A program made the translations under genes and the position numbers. From positions 65,992,855-66,056,854 of the forward strand of contig JASCQW010000072.1 of NCBI GenBank assembly GCA_030264375.1: a stretch of 64,000 bases of DNA, written 5' to 3'. The DNA comes from Carcharhinus longimanus (lineage: Eukaryota). Positions 1 to 12,475 of the stretch are shown piece by piece (within the stretch, counting starts at the first letter, position 1; every line of letters begins with the position of its first letter). The notes under the pieces were generated by a model that did not search any database, was not told where the DNA came from, and saw only the letters and a program-made list of their open reading frames with translations.

Positions 1-200
1 AGGTTCTGCTATCTGCTAATTGTAACAACACACACAAACAATATTTCAAAACAATTTGAAAAAGAAAAACATGATGGTCTTTATTTTATACAAAGTATTA
101 CATTGTAGGACAGTCCTCTTCTAGGATCTGTAATAATTTCTTAGCTTGAGCACTGCTGAAGCAATCAGATAATAAATGAATAAAAATGCTATCTGAACCT

Positions 201-332
201 TCCACACGCCTGATGAAGGAACACCGTTTCCGAAAGCTTGTGGGATTAATATCAAATAAACCTGTTGGACTTTAACCTGGTGTTGTGAGACTTCTTATGT
301 GTTTACTCCAGTCCAACACCGGCATCTCCACA
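201..332 (+). mobile_element. Penelope-like element terminal repeat with minimal hammerhead ribozyme motif
   Basis: CTGATGA(210-216), A, GGAA-caccgt-TTCC stem, GAAA(232-235), GCTT, then aaataaacctgttggactttaacctggtgttgtgagacttct. This tail recurs at ~15070, 26522 (-), 53331 (-) and 54540. Confidence 0.75.
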
Positions 333-489
333 TACATTTCCCCGAGCAGGCTGTCACTACAGTTTAGTAGAATGCTTCATCGCCAGAAATTTCACCGTAG
401 CTTGGCTTGTGGTGAGGAAGGCCCTCCTCATCAGACCCTTCCTGCATGCCCAGAGTCTCTAAATGCCTAATGAGGCAGGTTAAATAAAC

Positions 490-785
490 AATCTCAGAGT
501 AAACAATCTCCCTGAGAAATTGGTCATAATGTGGTAGAATTTAGCACGTAGTTTGGGAGTGAGAAATGTGGATCAGAAACAAAAGTGCTGCACTTAAATA
601 AGGGTAATTATAGAGGGATGAGCGCAGAGTTGTCTGGAGTGGACTGGGAAAAGAATTTAGCAGGGAAGACAGTTGATCGGCAATGGCAGACATTTATGAA
701 AATAGTTCATGACTCGCAGCAAAGATATGTCCCAGTGAGGAAGAAAGATTCCAGGAAAAATCAACCATGGTTAACCAAGGAAGTA
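490..785 (+). mobile_element. CR1-clade LINE ORF2 fragment (between endonuclease and RT)
   Basis: ORF 585-815 reads LNKGNYRGMSAELSGVDWEKNLAGKTVDRQWQTF...QQRYVPVRKK...QPWLTKEV, typical CR1 ORF2 linker. Confidence 0.85.
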
Positions 786-1590
786 ACATGTGTGCACACA
801 AATGCCAGGCAATGACCATAGAATCATAGAATCCAACAGTGCAGAAGGAGGTCATTCGGCCCTTTATCTCCAACAAGAGAGAATCTAATTATAGCCTCTT
901 GACATTCAATGGCATCACCATTACTGAATCCCTTACTATTAACATCCAGGGAGTTACCAGAGACCAGAAACTGAACCAGACTAGCCAGGTAAGTACTGTG
1001 ATTACCAGAGCAGTTCAGAGGCTAGATATCCTGCCATGACTAACTCACATTCTGACTTCCCAAAGTCCACTGTCTACAAGACGCAAGTCAGGAGTCTAAT
1101 GGAATAGTCTCCATTTGCCTGAGTGGATTCAGCTCCAACAACACTGAAGAGGCTCAAGGACAAAGCAGCAGCTTGATAAATACCCCTTACACAAACATTC
1201 AATCCCTCCACCAGTGACAAACAATGGCAGCTATGTGCACCATCTACAAGATGCTCTGCAGAAACTCACCAAAGTTCCTTTGGCAGCACCTTCGAAATAC
1301 ATAACCACTACCATCTAGAAGAAAAAAGGCAACAGACACCTGGGAAACATCACCACCTGAAGGTTCTCCTCCAAGTCACTCACTATCCTGACTTGGAAAT
1401 ATATCGCCATCCCTTCATTGCTGCTGGGTCAAAATCAAGGAACTCCCTCCCTTACAGCATTGCGGGTGTACCTGCACCACAGGGGCTGCAGCAGTTCAAG
1501 AAGACAGCTCACCACCATCTTCTTAAGGGCAACTAGGGATGGAGAATAAATGTTGGTCCATACAGTGACGCCCACATCCATAAATTAATT
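786..1590 (+). mobile_element. CR1-like LINE 3' end (family B), with a ~45-nt reversed SINE/LINE tail inserted at ~818-862
   Basis: Degenerate ORF2 end and 3' tail gggcaactagggatggagaataaatg...cccacatcc. Homologous copies at 7770, 15640, 17235, 33740, 52990 and 63505. Confidence 0.8.
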
Positions 1591-1767
1591 TTTGAAATGT
1601 TAAAGATAATATTAAATGGAAAGAAAATATATGCAATGTTGCAAAGATTAATAATAAGATATAGGTTGAGGAATACTTTAAAAACTAATAAAAGCTGACT
1701 AAACTATAATAAAGAGAGAGGATAAGCTATGACGGTAAACCAGCAAGTAATATAAAAAGATAGAATA

Positions 1768-4700
1768 ACCACTGAGTGTACACAGCACTCTGTCTGAGTA
1801 CAGGAATCACTGTGTGTAGACAGCTTTTTCTCTGTGAGTACAGAAACCATTGTGTGTGTGTAGACAGCTCTCTGTCTATGAGTACGGGAATCATTGTGCA
1901 TGCTGACAGCTCTCTGTGAGTACAGGAATCACTGTGTATGTAAACAACTCTCTGTGAGTACAGGAACCATTGTGTGTAAACAGATCTCACTCTGTGAGTA
2001 CAGGATTCATTGTGTGTAGATAGCTCTGTCTGTGAGTACAGGACTTGCTGTGGTGTGTAGATAGCTCTCTGTGAGTACAGGAATCACTATGTGTAAACAG
2101 CTCTCTGTCTGTGAGTACATGGCTCGCTGTGTGTAGACAGCTCTCTGTCTATGAGTACAGGAATCACTGTGTGTAGATAGCTCTCTGTCCATGAGTACAG
2201 GAATTGCTGTGTGTGGACAGCTCTCTCTTTGAGTACAGGAATCGTTGTGTGGACAGCTCTCTCTCTCTCTCTCTCTCTGTGACTATAGGAATCACTGTGT
2301 GCTGACTGCTCTCTGTCTGTGAGTACAGAAATCATGTGTAGATAGCTCTCTGTCTGTGAGTACGGGAAACACTGTGTGTAAACAGCTCTCTGTCTGTGAC
2401 TACAAGAATCATTGAGCGCAGTCAGTTTTCTCTCTGTGAGTACAGGAATCACTGAGTGTAGACATCTCTCTGTCTGTGATTACAGGACTCACTGTTTGTG
2501 CAGACAGCTCTCTTTCTCTGAGTACTGGTATCACTATGTGTATACAGCTCTCTGTCTGTGAATACTGGAATCACTGTGTGTTAGCAGCTCTCTGTCTATG
2601 AGTAAGGAACCACTGTGTGTGAACAGCTCTCTGACCATGAATATAGGAATCGCTGTGTGTAAACAGCTCTCTGCCTGTGTCCAGGAATCACTGTGTACAG
2701 ACAGCTTTCTGTGATAATAGGAATCAATGTGTCTACACAGCTCTCTAATCATGAATACAGGAATCAATGTGTATAAACAGCTCTCTGTGCATGAGTACAG
2801 GGATCACTGTGTGTGAGGACAGCTCTCTTTCTGTGAATACAGAAATCACTGTGTGTAAACAGCTCTCTTTCTCTATGAGTACAGAAGCTACTGTGTGTAA
2901 ACAGCTCTCTGTCTGTGAGTACAGGATTCACTGTGTGCAGTCAGTTTTCTCTCTGAGTACAGGAATCACTGTGTGTAGACATCTCTCTGTGATTACAGGA
3001 CTCACTGTTTGTGCAGTCAGTTTTCTCTCTGTGAGTACAGGTATCACTATGTGTAGACAGCTCTCTGTTTGTGAATACTTGAATCACTGTGTGTTAGCAG
3101 CTCTCTGTCTATGAATACAGGGCTTATTGTGTGTGTAGACAGCACTCTGTCAACGAGTATATGAATCCTAGTGTGTGTAGTCAGTGCTTTCTCGGTGAGT
3201 ACAGGACTCAGTGTGTATAAACAGCTCTCTGTCCATGAATACAGAAACAACTGTGCGTAAATAGCTCGCTCTCTGTGAGTACAGGAATCTCTGTGTGCAC
3301 TCAGCTCTCTGTCTGTGAGTACAGGACTCACACTTGGTAGACAGCTCTCTCTCTCTGTGAGTACAGCACCACTGTGTGTAAACAGTTCTCTGTGAGTACA
3401 GGAATCATTGTGTGCATTCAGTTCTCTCTCTGTGAGTATAGGAATAACTATGCGTAAACAGCTCCCTGTCTGTGAGTACAGGAATCACTGGTGCAGACAG
3501 CTCTCTGTCTGTGAGTACAGGAACCAATGAGTGTGGACAACTCTCTGTGTGAGTACAGGAATCACTGTCTGTGTAAACAGCTCTCTGTGTGTGAGTAAAG
3601 GTCTCACTCTGTGTGTAGACAGGTCTCTCCCTCTGAGTACAGGAATCTGTGTAAAGAGCTCTCTGTCTGTGAGTACATAACTCACTATGTGCGTAGACAG
3701 CTGTCTCTCTGTGAGTACAGGAATCACTGTGTGTAAACAGCTCTCAGTCTGTGACTACAGGAATCAATGAATGTAAACAGCTCTCTGTCAGCGAGTACAG
3801 GATTCACTGTGTGTAGACATCTCTCTGTCCATGAGTACAGGAATCACTGCGTATAAACAGCTATCTTTATGTGAGTATAGGAGTCACTGTGTGCAGACAG
3901 CTCTCTGTCTGTGAATAAAGGAATCACTGTGTGTAGGCAGCTGTCTCTCTGTGAGTACAGGATTCACTGTCTGGACAAACAGCTCCCTGTTTGTGAGTAT
4001 AGGAATCACTGTGTGCAGACAGCTCTCTGTCTGTAAGTACAGGACTCACTGTGTGTGTAAACAGCTCTCTGCCTGTGAGTACAGGAATCACTGTGTGTAG
4101 ACAGCTCTCTGTCCAAGAGTACAGGAATCACTGTATGTAGACAGCTCTCTGCCTGTGAGTTCAGGACAAACTGTGTGTGTAGACAGCTCTCTGTCAGTAA
4201 GTATAGGAATCTCTATCTGTAAACAGCTCCCTATCTGTGAGTAGAGGACTCACTGCTTCAGAAAGCACTCTGTCCATGTGTACAGGAATCACTGTGTGTA
4301 AACAGCTCTCTGTCTGTGAATACAGGAATCACTATCTGTGTAAAGAGCTCTCTGTCTGTGAGTACAGAACTCACTGTGTGTGTAGACTGCTCTCTGTCTG
4401 TGAGTATTGGTGTCACTGTGAGTGCAGAGAGCTCTCTCTCTCTCTGAGTACAAGAATCACTGTGTCTAAACAGCTCACTTTGTGTGAGTACAAGAATCAC
4501 TGTGTGTGTAAACAACTCTCTGTTCATGAGTACAGGAATCACTGTATGTAGAGAGCTCTCTCGCACTGTGTGAGTACAGGAATCACTGTGCACAGACAGC
4601 TCTCTTTCTCTCTGAGTACAGGAATCACTGTGTGCTGACATCTCTCTGCCCATGAATACAGGAATCATGTGTGTAGACAGCTCTCTGTCTGTGAGTACAG

Positions 4701-6022
4701 CAAAGACTGTGTGTAGAAAGCTCTCTGTCTGTGAGTACAGCAATCACTGTGTGTAGAAAGCTCTCTGTCTGTGAGTACAGCAATCACCATGTGTAGACAG
4801 CTCTCTGTCAGTGAATACAGGAATCACTGTGTGCGTGACAGCTCTGTCTGTGACTACAGGAATCATTGTGTGTAGACAGCTCTCTGTCTGTGAGGTCAGG
4901 AATCACTGTGTGCAGACTGCCCTCTCTCGGTGAGTATAGGAACTACTGTGTGTAGATAGTTCTCTGTAGGTGAGTACAGGAATCTCTGTGTGTAAACAGC
5001 TCTCTGTCTAAGAGTACACAAACCACTGTGTATACTCAGCTCTCTCTCTCTGTAAGTACAGGAATCACTGTGGGTCAACAGCTCTCTGTCTGTGAGTACA
5101 GGAATCATTGTGTGCAGGTAGCTCTCTGTGTGTGATACAGGAGTCACTGTGCATATAAACAGCTCTCTCTTGGTGAGTACAGGAATCACTGTGTGTAAAC
5201 AGCTCTCTGTCCGCCTACATAGGAATCACTGTGTGCAGACAGCTCTCTCTCTGAGTACAGGAATCACTATGTGCTGCCAGCTCTCTGTCTGTGAGTACAG
5301 GAATTACTGTGTGCAGACAGCTTTCTGTCTGTGAGGACAGGAATCACTGTGTGCAGACAGCTTTCTGTCTGTGAGGACAGGAATTACTGTGTGCAGACAG
5401 CTTTCTGTCTGTGAGGACAGGAATCACCGTACGTAAACAACTCTCTCTCTGTGAGTACAGGAATCACTGTGTGCTGACAGCTCTCTGTCTGTGAGTACAG
5501 GAATCACTGTGTGCCGACAGCTCTCTGTCTGTGAGTGCAGGAATCACTGTGTGCAGGCAGCTCTCTGTGTGTGGTACAGGAGTCACTGTGCGTGTAAACT
5601 GCTCTCTCTTGATGAGTACAGGAATCACTGTGTGTAAATAGCTCTCTTTCTGTGAGTACAGGAATCACTGTGTGTAGATAGCTCTCTGTCTGTGAGTACA
5701 GGATTCACTGTGTGTAAGCAGCTCTCTGCTTGTAATACAGGAATCACTGTGTTTAGACAGCTGTCTGTGAGTACAGGATTCACTGTGTGTGTAGATAGCT
5801 CTCTGTCTGTTAGTACAGGAATCACTGTGTGTAGATAGCTCTCTGTCTATGAGTACAGGATTTAATGTGTGCAGGCAGCTGTCTGTTTGTGATACAGGAA
5901 TCACTGTGTGTAGACAGCTGTCTGTGAGTATAGGAATCACTGTGTGTGTAGATAGCTCTCTGCCTGTTAGTACAGGAATCACTGTGTGTAGACAGCTCTC
6001 TGTATGTGAGTGTAGGACTCAT
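1768..6022. repeat. Tandem satellite/minisatellite, ~40-bp unit, roughly 100 diverged copies
   Basis: Consensus GTGAGTACAGGAATCACTGTGTGTAGACAGCTCTCTGTCT repeated continuously, with unit length varying by TG/CT dinucleotide indels. Confidence 0.97.
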
Positions 6023-6023
6023 T

Positions 6024-6086
6024 GGGCCCAATTTTACCATCAAGTTCCACTCATTTCCAGGCTCGATATCCTGTAAAGTTGGGCCT
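6024..6086. mobile_element. Tiny MITE-like inverted-repeat element abutting the satellite end
   Basis: ggcccaattttac (6025-6037) vs gtaaagttgggcc (6073-6085), 12/13 inverted match. Confidence 0.5.
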
Positions 6087-7769
6087 GATCTTCACACAAA
6101 TGGATGAAATGCTCCCCATTGTTGCTATTGATTCTGAAGTCCAGAGGAAATCTCAAAAGTGAGGCTGATACATCTTTATTCTCGGTAAGAGGATAGAGTG
6201 TTTTCAAACTGCTGTGTGGGACAATGGACAATGGTAAAGATTAACCCTGCTCGAACTGAATGGTAGAACAGGCTCGAGGGGCTGAATGTCCTCCTTCTTT
6301 TCCAAAGTTCCCTTCTGTCTGCGAATACAGATCCCAATGTACATATTCCGGTTCAACACACCAGAGGAAGAATTTCTAACAACTGGAAATATTACAGAGG
6401 GCAAACAGTGAGAGGGGAAAAGACGCAGAGAGAAAGAGGTAGAGACACATAAGAGAAGAGTGCTGAGAAAGGCATCAAGGTGGAAAATATAATTTGGAAC
6501 AACAGGCTGAGTGGGCACAGGAGTGGGTACGGAACATGAGGACTGGTAAATACATTATAACACTGGGAAATAAAGTGCTGGCATTGGCAGGTAGGTGGTA
6601 TAACACATTGGGCCCAGGCTCCTACTGCGAACCAGACAGATTGCAATCTGACATTGCCTTCAGATCCAGCCTCCAACTGCAAAACCTAATTAGTGATCAG
6701 ACCACTTCCCATTAATTCACAGTTTGCTGCCTGTGGTTGGGGGGGTGGGGTAGTGGGGAGCAGCTTCTTCCAGCTGTGAGTGGTGGGAAACAGTCTCAGA
6801 CCCTGATAATAGCTTCAAATCATCATTAATCCTCCTCACTGCATACCCATTGGAATTGCCATTAACTCTGCTTCCATTTCACTAAAAGCACTGGGAAAGA
6901 GCAGCAGAGTGGCAAAAATGTAATATTCTCAATCAAATGATTTGGAAAGAGTATATCAAGCTTCCCACTGATTTAATATTGCTTTGCTCACTCTGATCTG
7001 TAATTCAATCTACAGAAGTAACGCTCCAATAATTGCAATTCTGCACATATAAACTGGCTGGACCGCACATGCTAATCAAAAATCGAATCATCCATCACTC
7101 GGCTGGTGTTTCTGCAGGGTGAGCGGTCATCATCATTCACCCCAGGCTAGAAGGAAGAATGGGAGGGGGAGGGGTGAGGAGAACTATTGAGTTGCTAATT
7201 CTGATGAATATGGAGAGACCCAAGTACCACCCCGCACCCCACTGGAAACAGATGTGTAGACATGTTGTGTGGACACTTCACCCTGGCTCAGATGCTGTCT
7301 GCTTTTCATACTGAATTAGCATTCAGGACTCACACCTCCAGGAGAAGAACGGGCCACTGGGTAAGACACTGGAGGTAGGTTTGGCCCTGTAGACTGTATT
7401 CCTACAAGAGTCAGGCCCTCCTGGAGAGAACATTTAAAAACACAGTATGATGACAAGTTGCGGACATTTTCAAATGATAAGTGTGACACAGCAATGATTA
7501 AGTAGTGTTGGAATTGAATTTAAATGCCCTCCCCTACGGCAAGTCTGGTGGTGGTGGAGGGGCATTTAATCAGGTGTGAGGGTGGATGAGGACCTCCAAC
7601 CTCTACCTCAATTAAGTCCAAGGTGGGTGGACTCATTGATGGCCTTCCTACCCCACTGCCAATTGAGGCTCTCAAGTGACAAATAGTGCCATGCAGGAAT
7701 CATGAAGGGAAAACAGCATGTGGGCTTCTGGGGTGGAAAGAGGTGAGTCCCTTCACCACTGATACACAG

Positions 7770-8115
7770 CAGCAGCAGTGTGCACCATCTACAAGATGGA
7801 CTGCAGTAACTTTTCAATCTTCCTTCATTGCACCTTCCAAACTCAAGGGCAAGGATAGAAGATACATGGGAACATCACCACCTGGAGGTTCCCCTTCCAG
7901 CCACGTGCCATCCTGACTTGGAAATATATCACCATTCCTTCACTGCTGCTGGTCAAAATTGTGGAAATCTCTCCCCAACAGCACTGTGGGCATACCTACA
8001 CCTCAAGGACTGTATTGATTCAATAAGACAGCTCATTACCACATTCTGAAGGGCAGTTAGGGATGGGCAATAAATACTGGAATTCTGAACAATCCGCACA
8101 TTCCATGAATGCATC
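7770..8115 (+). mobile_element. CR1-like LINE 3' fragment (family B)
   Basis: Aligns by eye with 1225-1590 (tgcaccatctacaagatg...tcctgacttggaaatatatc...agggatgggcaataaat). Confidence 0.8.
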
Positions 8116-8891
8116 AAGAAGGCTTCTATTCAAATGGAATTAATAAAAGTTCCAAATTTCTTCTTAAACCCCTGTCTGATTTCAAGTAACAGGGTCAGCA
8201 GTGAAATCCTGAAATAATCCTCTGAAGGTACAGAATCAATTCCATCTAAGCTCTCCTGTGAACTGTGAATAATATCAATTACTTTTTATTTCTGCAAGTT
8301 ACCAAAGCTCCAGCTGATCCAGAATGAATAAAAACCGCAATTTAATCAACAGGCTCGATGTCACCCAGAAGCAAGTTGAGATTTTATATCCAGTTTCACT
8401 AAACCTTTCAGATAAATTGCCACAGGTTTGTAATGTAATACCCTTTTTGATAGATAAAGCAGTCACTGTTGTGTTGAGCGCTCTTTCAGAGTTTATTTAT
8501 TATTTATAGTTACAGCTAGGCTTAACTGAAAAAGTTGTCTCAATCGTCTGTCATTTGCATGTTCCAATGTTTATTAGAATCTAAGACTCTCTTTAGAGTA
8601 CCTGAAATATTAATACCTTGTTGATTTAAGAACATAAGAACATACATAGCGAGGGGGATTGAATATAAAAGTAGGGAGGTCTTGCTGCAGCTGTATAGGG
8701 CATTGGTGAGGCCGCAGCTNNNNNNNNNNNNNNNNNNNNNNNNNNNNNNNNNNNNNNNNNNNNNNNNNNNNNNNNNNNNNNNNNNNNNNNNNNNNNNNNN
8801 NNNNNNNNNNNNNNNNNNNTCCCATTCATCATCTTATACGTCTCAATGAGATCTCCCCTCATTCTTCTAAACTCTAACGAGTACAAGCCTA

Positions 8892-9345
8892 GTTTGCTTT
8901 ATTATTGTCACATATATTGGGATACAGTGAAAAGTGTTGTTTCTTGCACACTATACAGACAAAACATACCGTTCATAGAGTACATGGGGGAGAAGGATTG
9001 GAGAGGGTATAGAATGTAGTGTTACAGTCACCCTACAGCTAGGGTGTAGTGAAAGATAAATTTAATATAAGATTGGTCCATCCTAAAGTCTGATGACAAT
9101 GGGGAAGAAGCTGTTTTGAGTCAGTTGATACGTGATCTCAGACTTTAAATCTTTTTCCTAATGGAAGAAGGTGAAAGAGAGAATGCCCAGGGTGCATGGG
9201 GTTCTTAATTCTGCTGGCAACTTTTCTAAGGCAGTGGAAAATGTAAACAGAATCAATGGATGGGAAGCTGGTTTGTGTGATTAGGCTTAGTTTATGATCA
9301 ACCCTTTGTAGTTTCTTGCAGTCTTGGTCAAAGCAGGAGTCATTT
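8892..9345 (-). mobile_element. Rex1/Babar-like LINE 3' fragment
   Basis: ORF 9138-9401 includes KKLQRV..ITQTSFPSIDSVYIFHCLRKVASRIKNPMHPGHSLFHLLPLGKRF. Sister copy at 32160-32645. Confidence 0.8.
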
Positions 9346-9857
9346 TCTTCACAAAATCCTGAAAGCAGCTTTGGCATCTCTTCAGAGAGTTCCAGAATCA
9401 TTCCCAGCCACTTCTCAGAGTCCTAGAACAGTTCCCAATTTGTCTTTATCTAGACCGAGAATCGTGTCTATTTCTTTTCAAACGTTGAATTATTTGCAGT
9501 CTGTTTGACATGGATTCCTGCATTCATTCCCATTCCAGTATAATTGGTTCCTCACAGTTCTAGAATCATTTCCATTTCCTCCCACACACTTGGTTTGCAA
9601 CTAAATTCCTAAAAACATGCAGCTTTTTAAATAAGGCCTCAGAAGTGATCTACGCAAAGTTGATATTGGATTTTATGGACAAATGGCTTGTAAACTGGGT
9701 CTAACCTTCGCTGAAGACATTTTCACATTGATACTGACCTATATTCAACTTCATTTTCACACCTCCGACTAACATGAAAAGGAGAAGGAATCTGGTGAGG
9801 ATTTTTAACCCTCTTCTGAAATAATAGCCTAGATTATCGGAAAGCAAACATATAACC

Positions 9858-10170
9858 GGCACGGTGGCACAGTGATTAGCACTGCTGCCTCACAGTGCCA
9901 GAGACCCGGGTTCAATTCCGGTCTTGGGTCACTGTCAGTGCAGAGTCTGCACATTCTCCCCGTGTCTGCTCCGGGTGCTCCAGTTTCCTTCCACAGTCCA
10001 AAGATGTGCGGGTTAGGTTGATTGGGCATGCTAAATTGTCCTTTAGTATCAGGGGGATTAGCAGGGTAAATATGTGGGGTTACAAGAGTAGGGCCTGGAT
10101 GGGATTGTGGTCGGTGCAGACTCAATGGGCTGAATGGCCTCCTTCTGCACTGTAGGGATTCTATGATTCT
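9858..10170 (+). mobile_element. HE1-like (V-SINE) tRNA-derived SINE, full length
   Basis: A box tggcacagtgattag, B box ggttcaattcc, V-like core tgcacattctccccgtgtctgc, CR1-type tail gggctgaatggcctccttctgcactgtagggattctatgattct. Confidence 0.9.
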
Positions 10171-10329
10171 AACCAGTGATGCATGACAAGACTCTACAGA
10201 ATTCCTGATGCGCTGATCTTTGTGGGAATTGCCTGGAAACTTTCAACTTCCAGTGGGCAATTTGCTGTTTCCTGGGAGATTTACCTGATTAGTTACTCAG
10301 GACATGTTAGACAGGAAATGCCTAGTTCT

Positions 10330-11500
10330 TCCCTGGAGCAGCGATCATTGTTAAATTACCACTATGTTCAAACTTCCCCCGACTTGGTACTACTCCACAT
10401 TTCCAGTCAGGTCTTTCAAGCCTGCCTTTACAGGGAATGAGGGCCGGCACATCCCTCACAGTACTTATTCCTACTGTGAGCATTGGAATGATCTCCTCAG
10501 CATTATTACTCGCATCTTCCATGGGCTGGTTCTCAAAACTTTGGTTTCCACATTTCTGAAAAGCTCATTCAAGAAACTCCAGGCCCCTCTTTTAGCTTTG
10601 GGCCTATCCCGACCTCAACCTGGCGCATTGCTGTGACCGAGAAATTTACCACAACCTGAAACATTGTGGTTTCCCTCCCCCTCCTTGCCATCTGGACATG
10701 GCCAACTTTCCCCAGGCCTAGCATTTTGGATAGATAGGTATGGGGGAATTTAGATGGTTCAGGTTACCATGGCAGGAGTCATATCTAAATTCCTGACTTT
10801 GAGACTATGAACTTGGTTATTGATACCAGGATCTCACTGAAAGCTGGTGGATCCCCATTGCTAGCTCAGAAAATGAACACGTTTGCAATTTGTAATTAAA
10901 TCTTTCTGCCATTTCCATGGTGATGGCCTCATCACAGTCCTCTTTCCATGTCATCTTATTGGCTTTGCTCACAGGCTTGACCTGGATTTTCTCATTCTTT
11001 AGGCTACAAAAGTGTCTCTGAGTGGATTTCTAAGTTTGCTTCATAGAAAACTGGGTTGAGAGAGCTTCTTTAACTTGCGAGTGGAAATTGTAAGTTTCAC
11101 TTGGCAACAGCTTCCTATAATGGAATGCAACTCTCAGCGCACTTTCACTCTTAATAGTGCCTTATATCAGTCCAGAATCCCACTGTTTTCACCACATTCT
11201 GTCGTACTGGGCTCTGTCAACTGACGCTTATTACACACTATATCAAAAGCATCTGGTTAGAAGAATGTTTACTTTATTCTCATCTCCTATTTTATTAACT
11301 TTTAACCAAATGAAAAACCTTCATATGTAGTTATTCCAGTCTTCTGTGTTAGGGATGAATCCCCCCATTGCTCTTAAATCTGTCTTCTGTGCCATACTGT
11401 GCTGACTCACTGAGGAACTACAGGAACGCAACATGCATTCAAGCCAATCTTTCAAATTACTCTAACATCCTCAAAATCAACTTTAGAAGTTCCAACAAGT
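10330..11500 (-). pseudogene. Degenerate Gypsy/Ty3 LTR-retrotransposon gag relic
   Basis: Frameshifted minus-strand segments: FHYRKLLPSET, KLKKLSQ, LRDTFV, LKNEKIQVKPVSKANKMTWKEDCDEAITMEMAE (10900-11140), and a broken zinc knuckle CFR/CGKFLGH near 10635-10665. Confidence 0.7.
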
Positions 11501-11931
11501 TCCAAAGTTTAGGACGTTCCTCAGTCCTTAATTTTTCAAATGAAATGTTTAAAAAGAAAGAATTGCATTCCCCCTCATTGCCACCATTCTGTTGTGTGCT
11601 GCACTGAGGAAAGACCAACACAAATCTCACTGACATCGGCAAAGTACCTTCCAGCCGAAAGGGCAGCTGGATGATATAACAGGAGGGAAAAGGTCACATA
11701 CGATAGCTGGGAGGAAAGAGAGAGACTGGAGAAGGAGGAGGAAATACAGGACACAAGTGAGAGAGAAAAACAGACATATATTTTGATTGGAGCAAGTGAG
11801 AAGAAAAAGAGAGAGAAGGAATGAAGAAAGACTGAGAGAATCCTGAGGGCATTTCAGTCTCTGCTCAGATAGGATCCAATGATGAGGAGATAATATTTGA
11901 ACTCATTTCATTTAATATTTCTGTATTCAAT

Positions 11932-12105
11932 AGAATCATAGAATCCCTACAGTGCAGAAAGAGGTTATTATGCCCATCGAGTCTGCATTGACCACAATCC
12001 CACCCAGGCCCCATCCTCACAACCCACATACTTACCCCTCTAATCTCCTGACACTATGGGAGAATTTAACATGGCCAATCTACCTAACCTGCAAATCTTT
12101 GGACT
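11932..12105 (-). mobile_element. HE1-like SINE, 5'-truncated
   Basis: Reverse tail tagaatcatagaatccctacagtgcag plus SINE body. Confidence 0.85.
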
Positions 12106-12134
12106 GAATTAGTTTGAATCAATCTTAATTTATT

Positions 12135-12475
12135 GAATCCCTGCAGTGCAGAAGGAGGCCATTCGGCCTATCAAGTCTGCACCAACTCTCCATCAGAGCA
12201 TCCCACTCAGTCCCTCTCCTCCACCCTATCCCCAAAACTCCTGCGGCTAATCCATCCACCCTATGCATCTTTGGACACTAAGGGGCAATTTAGCACAGCC
12301 AATCCACCTAACCTATGCATCTTTGGATTGTGGGAGGAAACTGGAGCACCTGGAGGAAACCCATGCAGACAAGGAATGTGCAAACTTCACACAGATAATG
12401 ACTCGAAGCCAGAATTGAACCTGGTTCCCCAGTGCCGTGAGGCAGCAGTGCTAACCAGCATGCCACTGTGCCAAC
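12135..12475 (-). mobile_element. HE1-like SINE
   Basis: Reverse complement of the 9858 SINE, ending at the head ...gcagcagtgctaacca. Confidence 0.88.

Noticed and set aside
1768-6022. CRISPR array or coding repeat protein (many ORFs such as VIPVLTDRELSTHSDSC)
   Set aside because: No unique spacers, no cas genes, vertebrate context; the ORFs are short, frameshifting by-products of the 40-bp unit.
6300-6480. Strong polypyrimidine acceptor on the minus strand (tttccag|TTGTTAG)
   Set aside because: No good donor and no recognisable peptide; the tract may be simple GA-rich low complexity.
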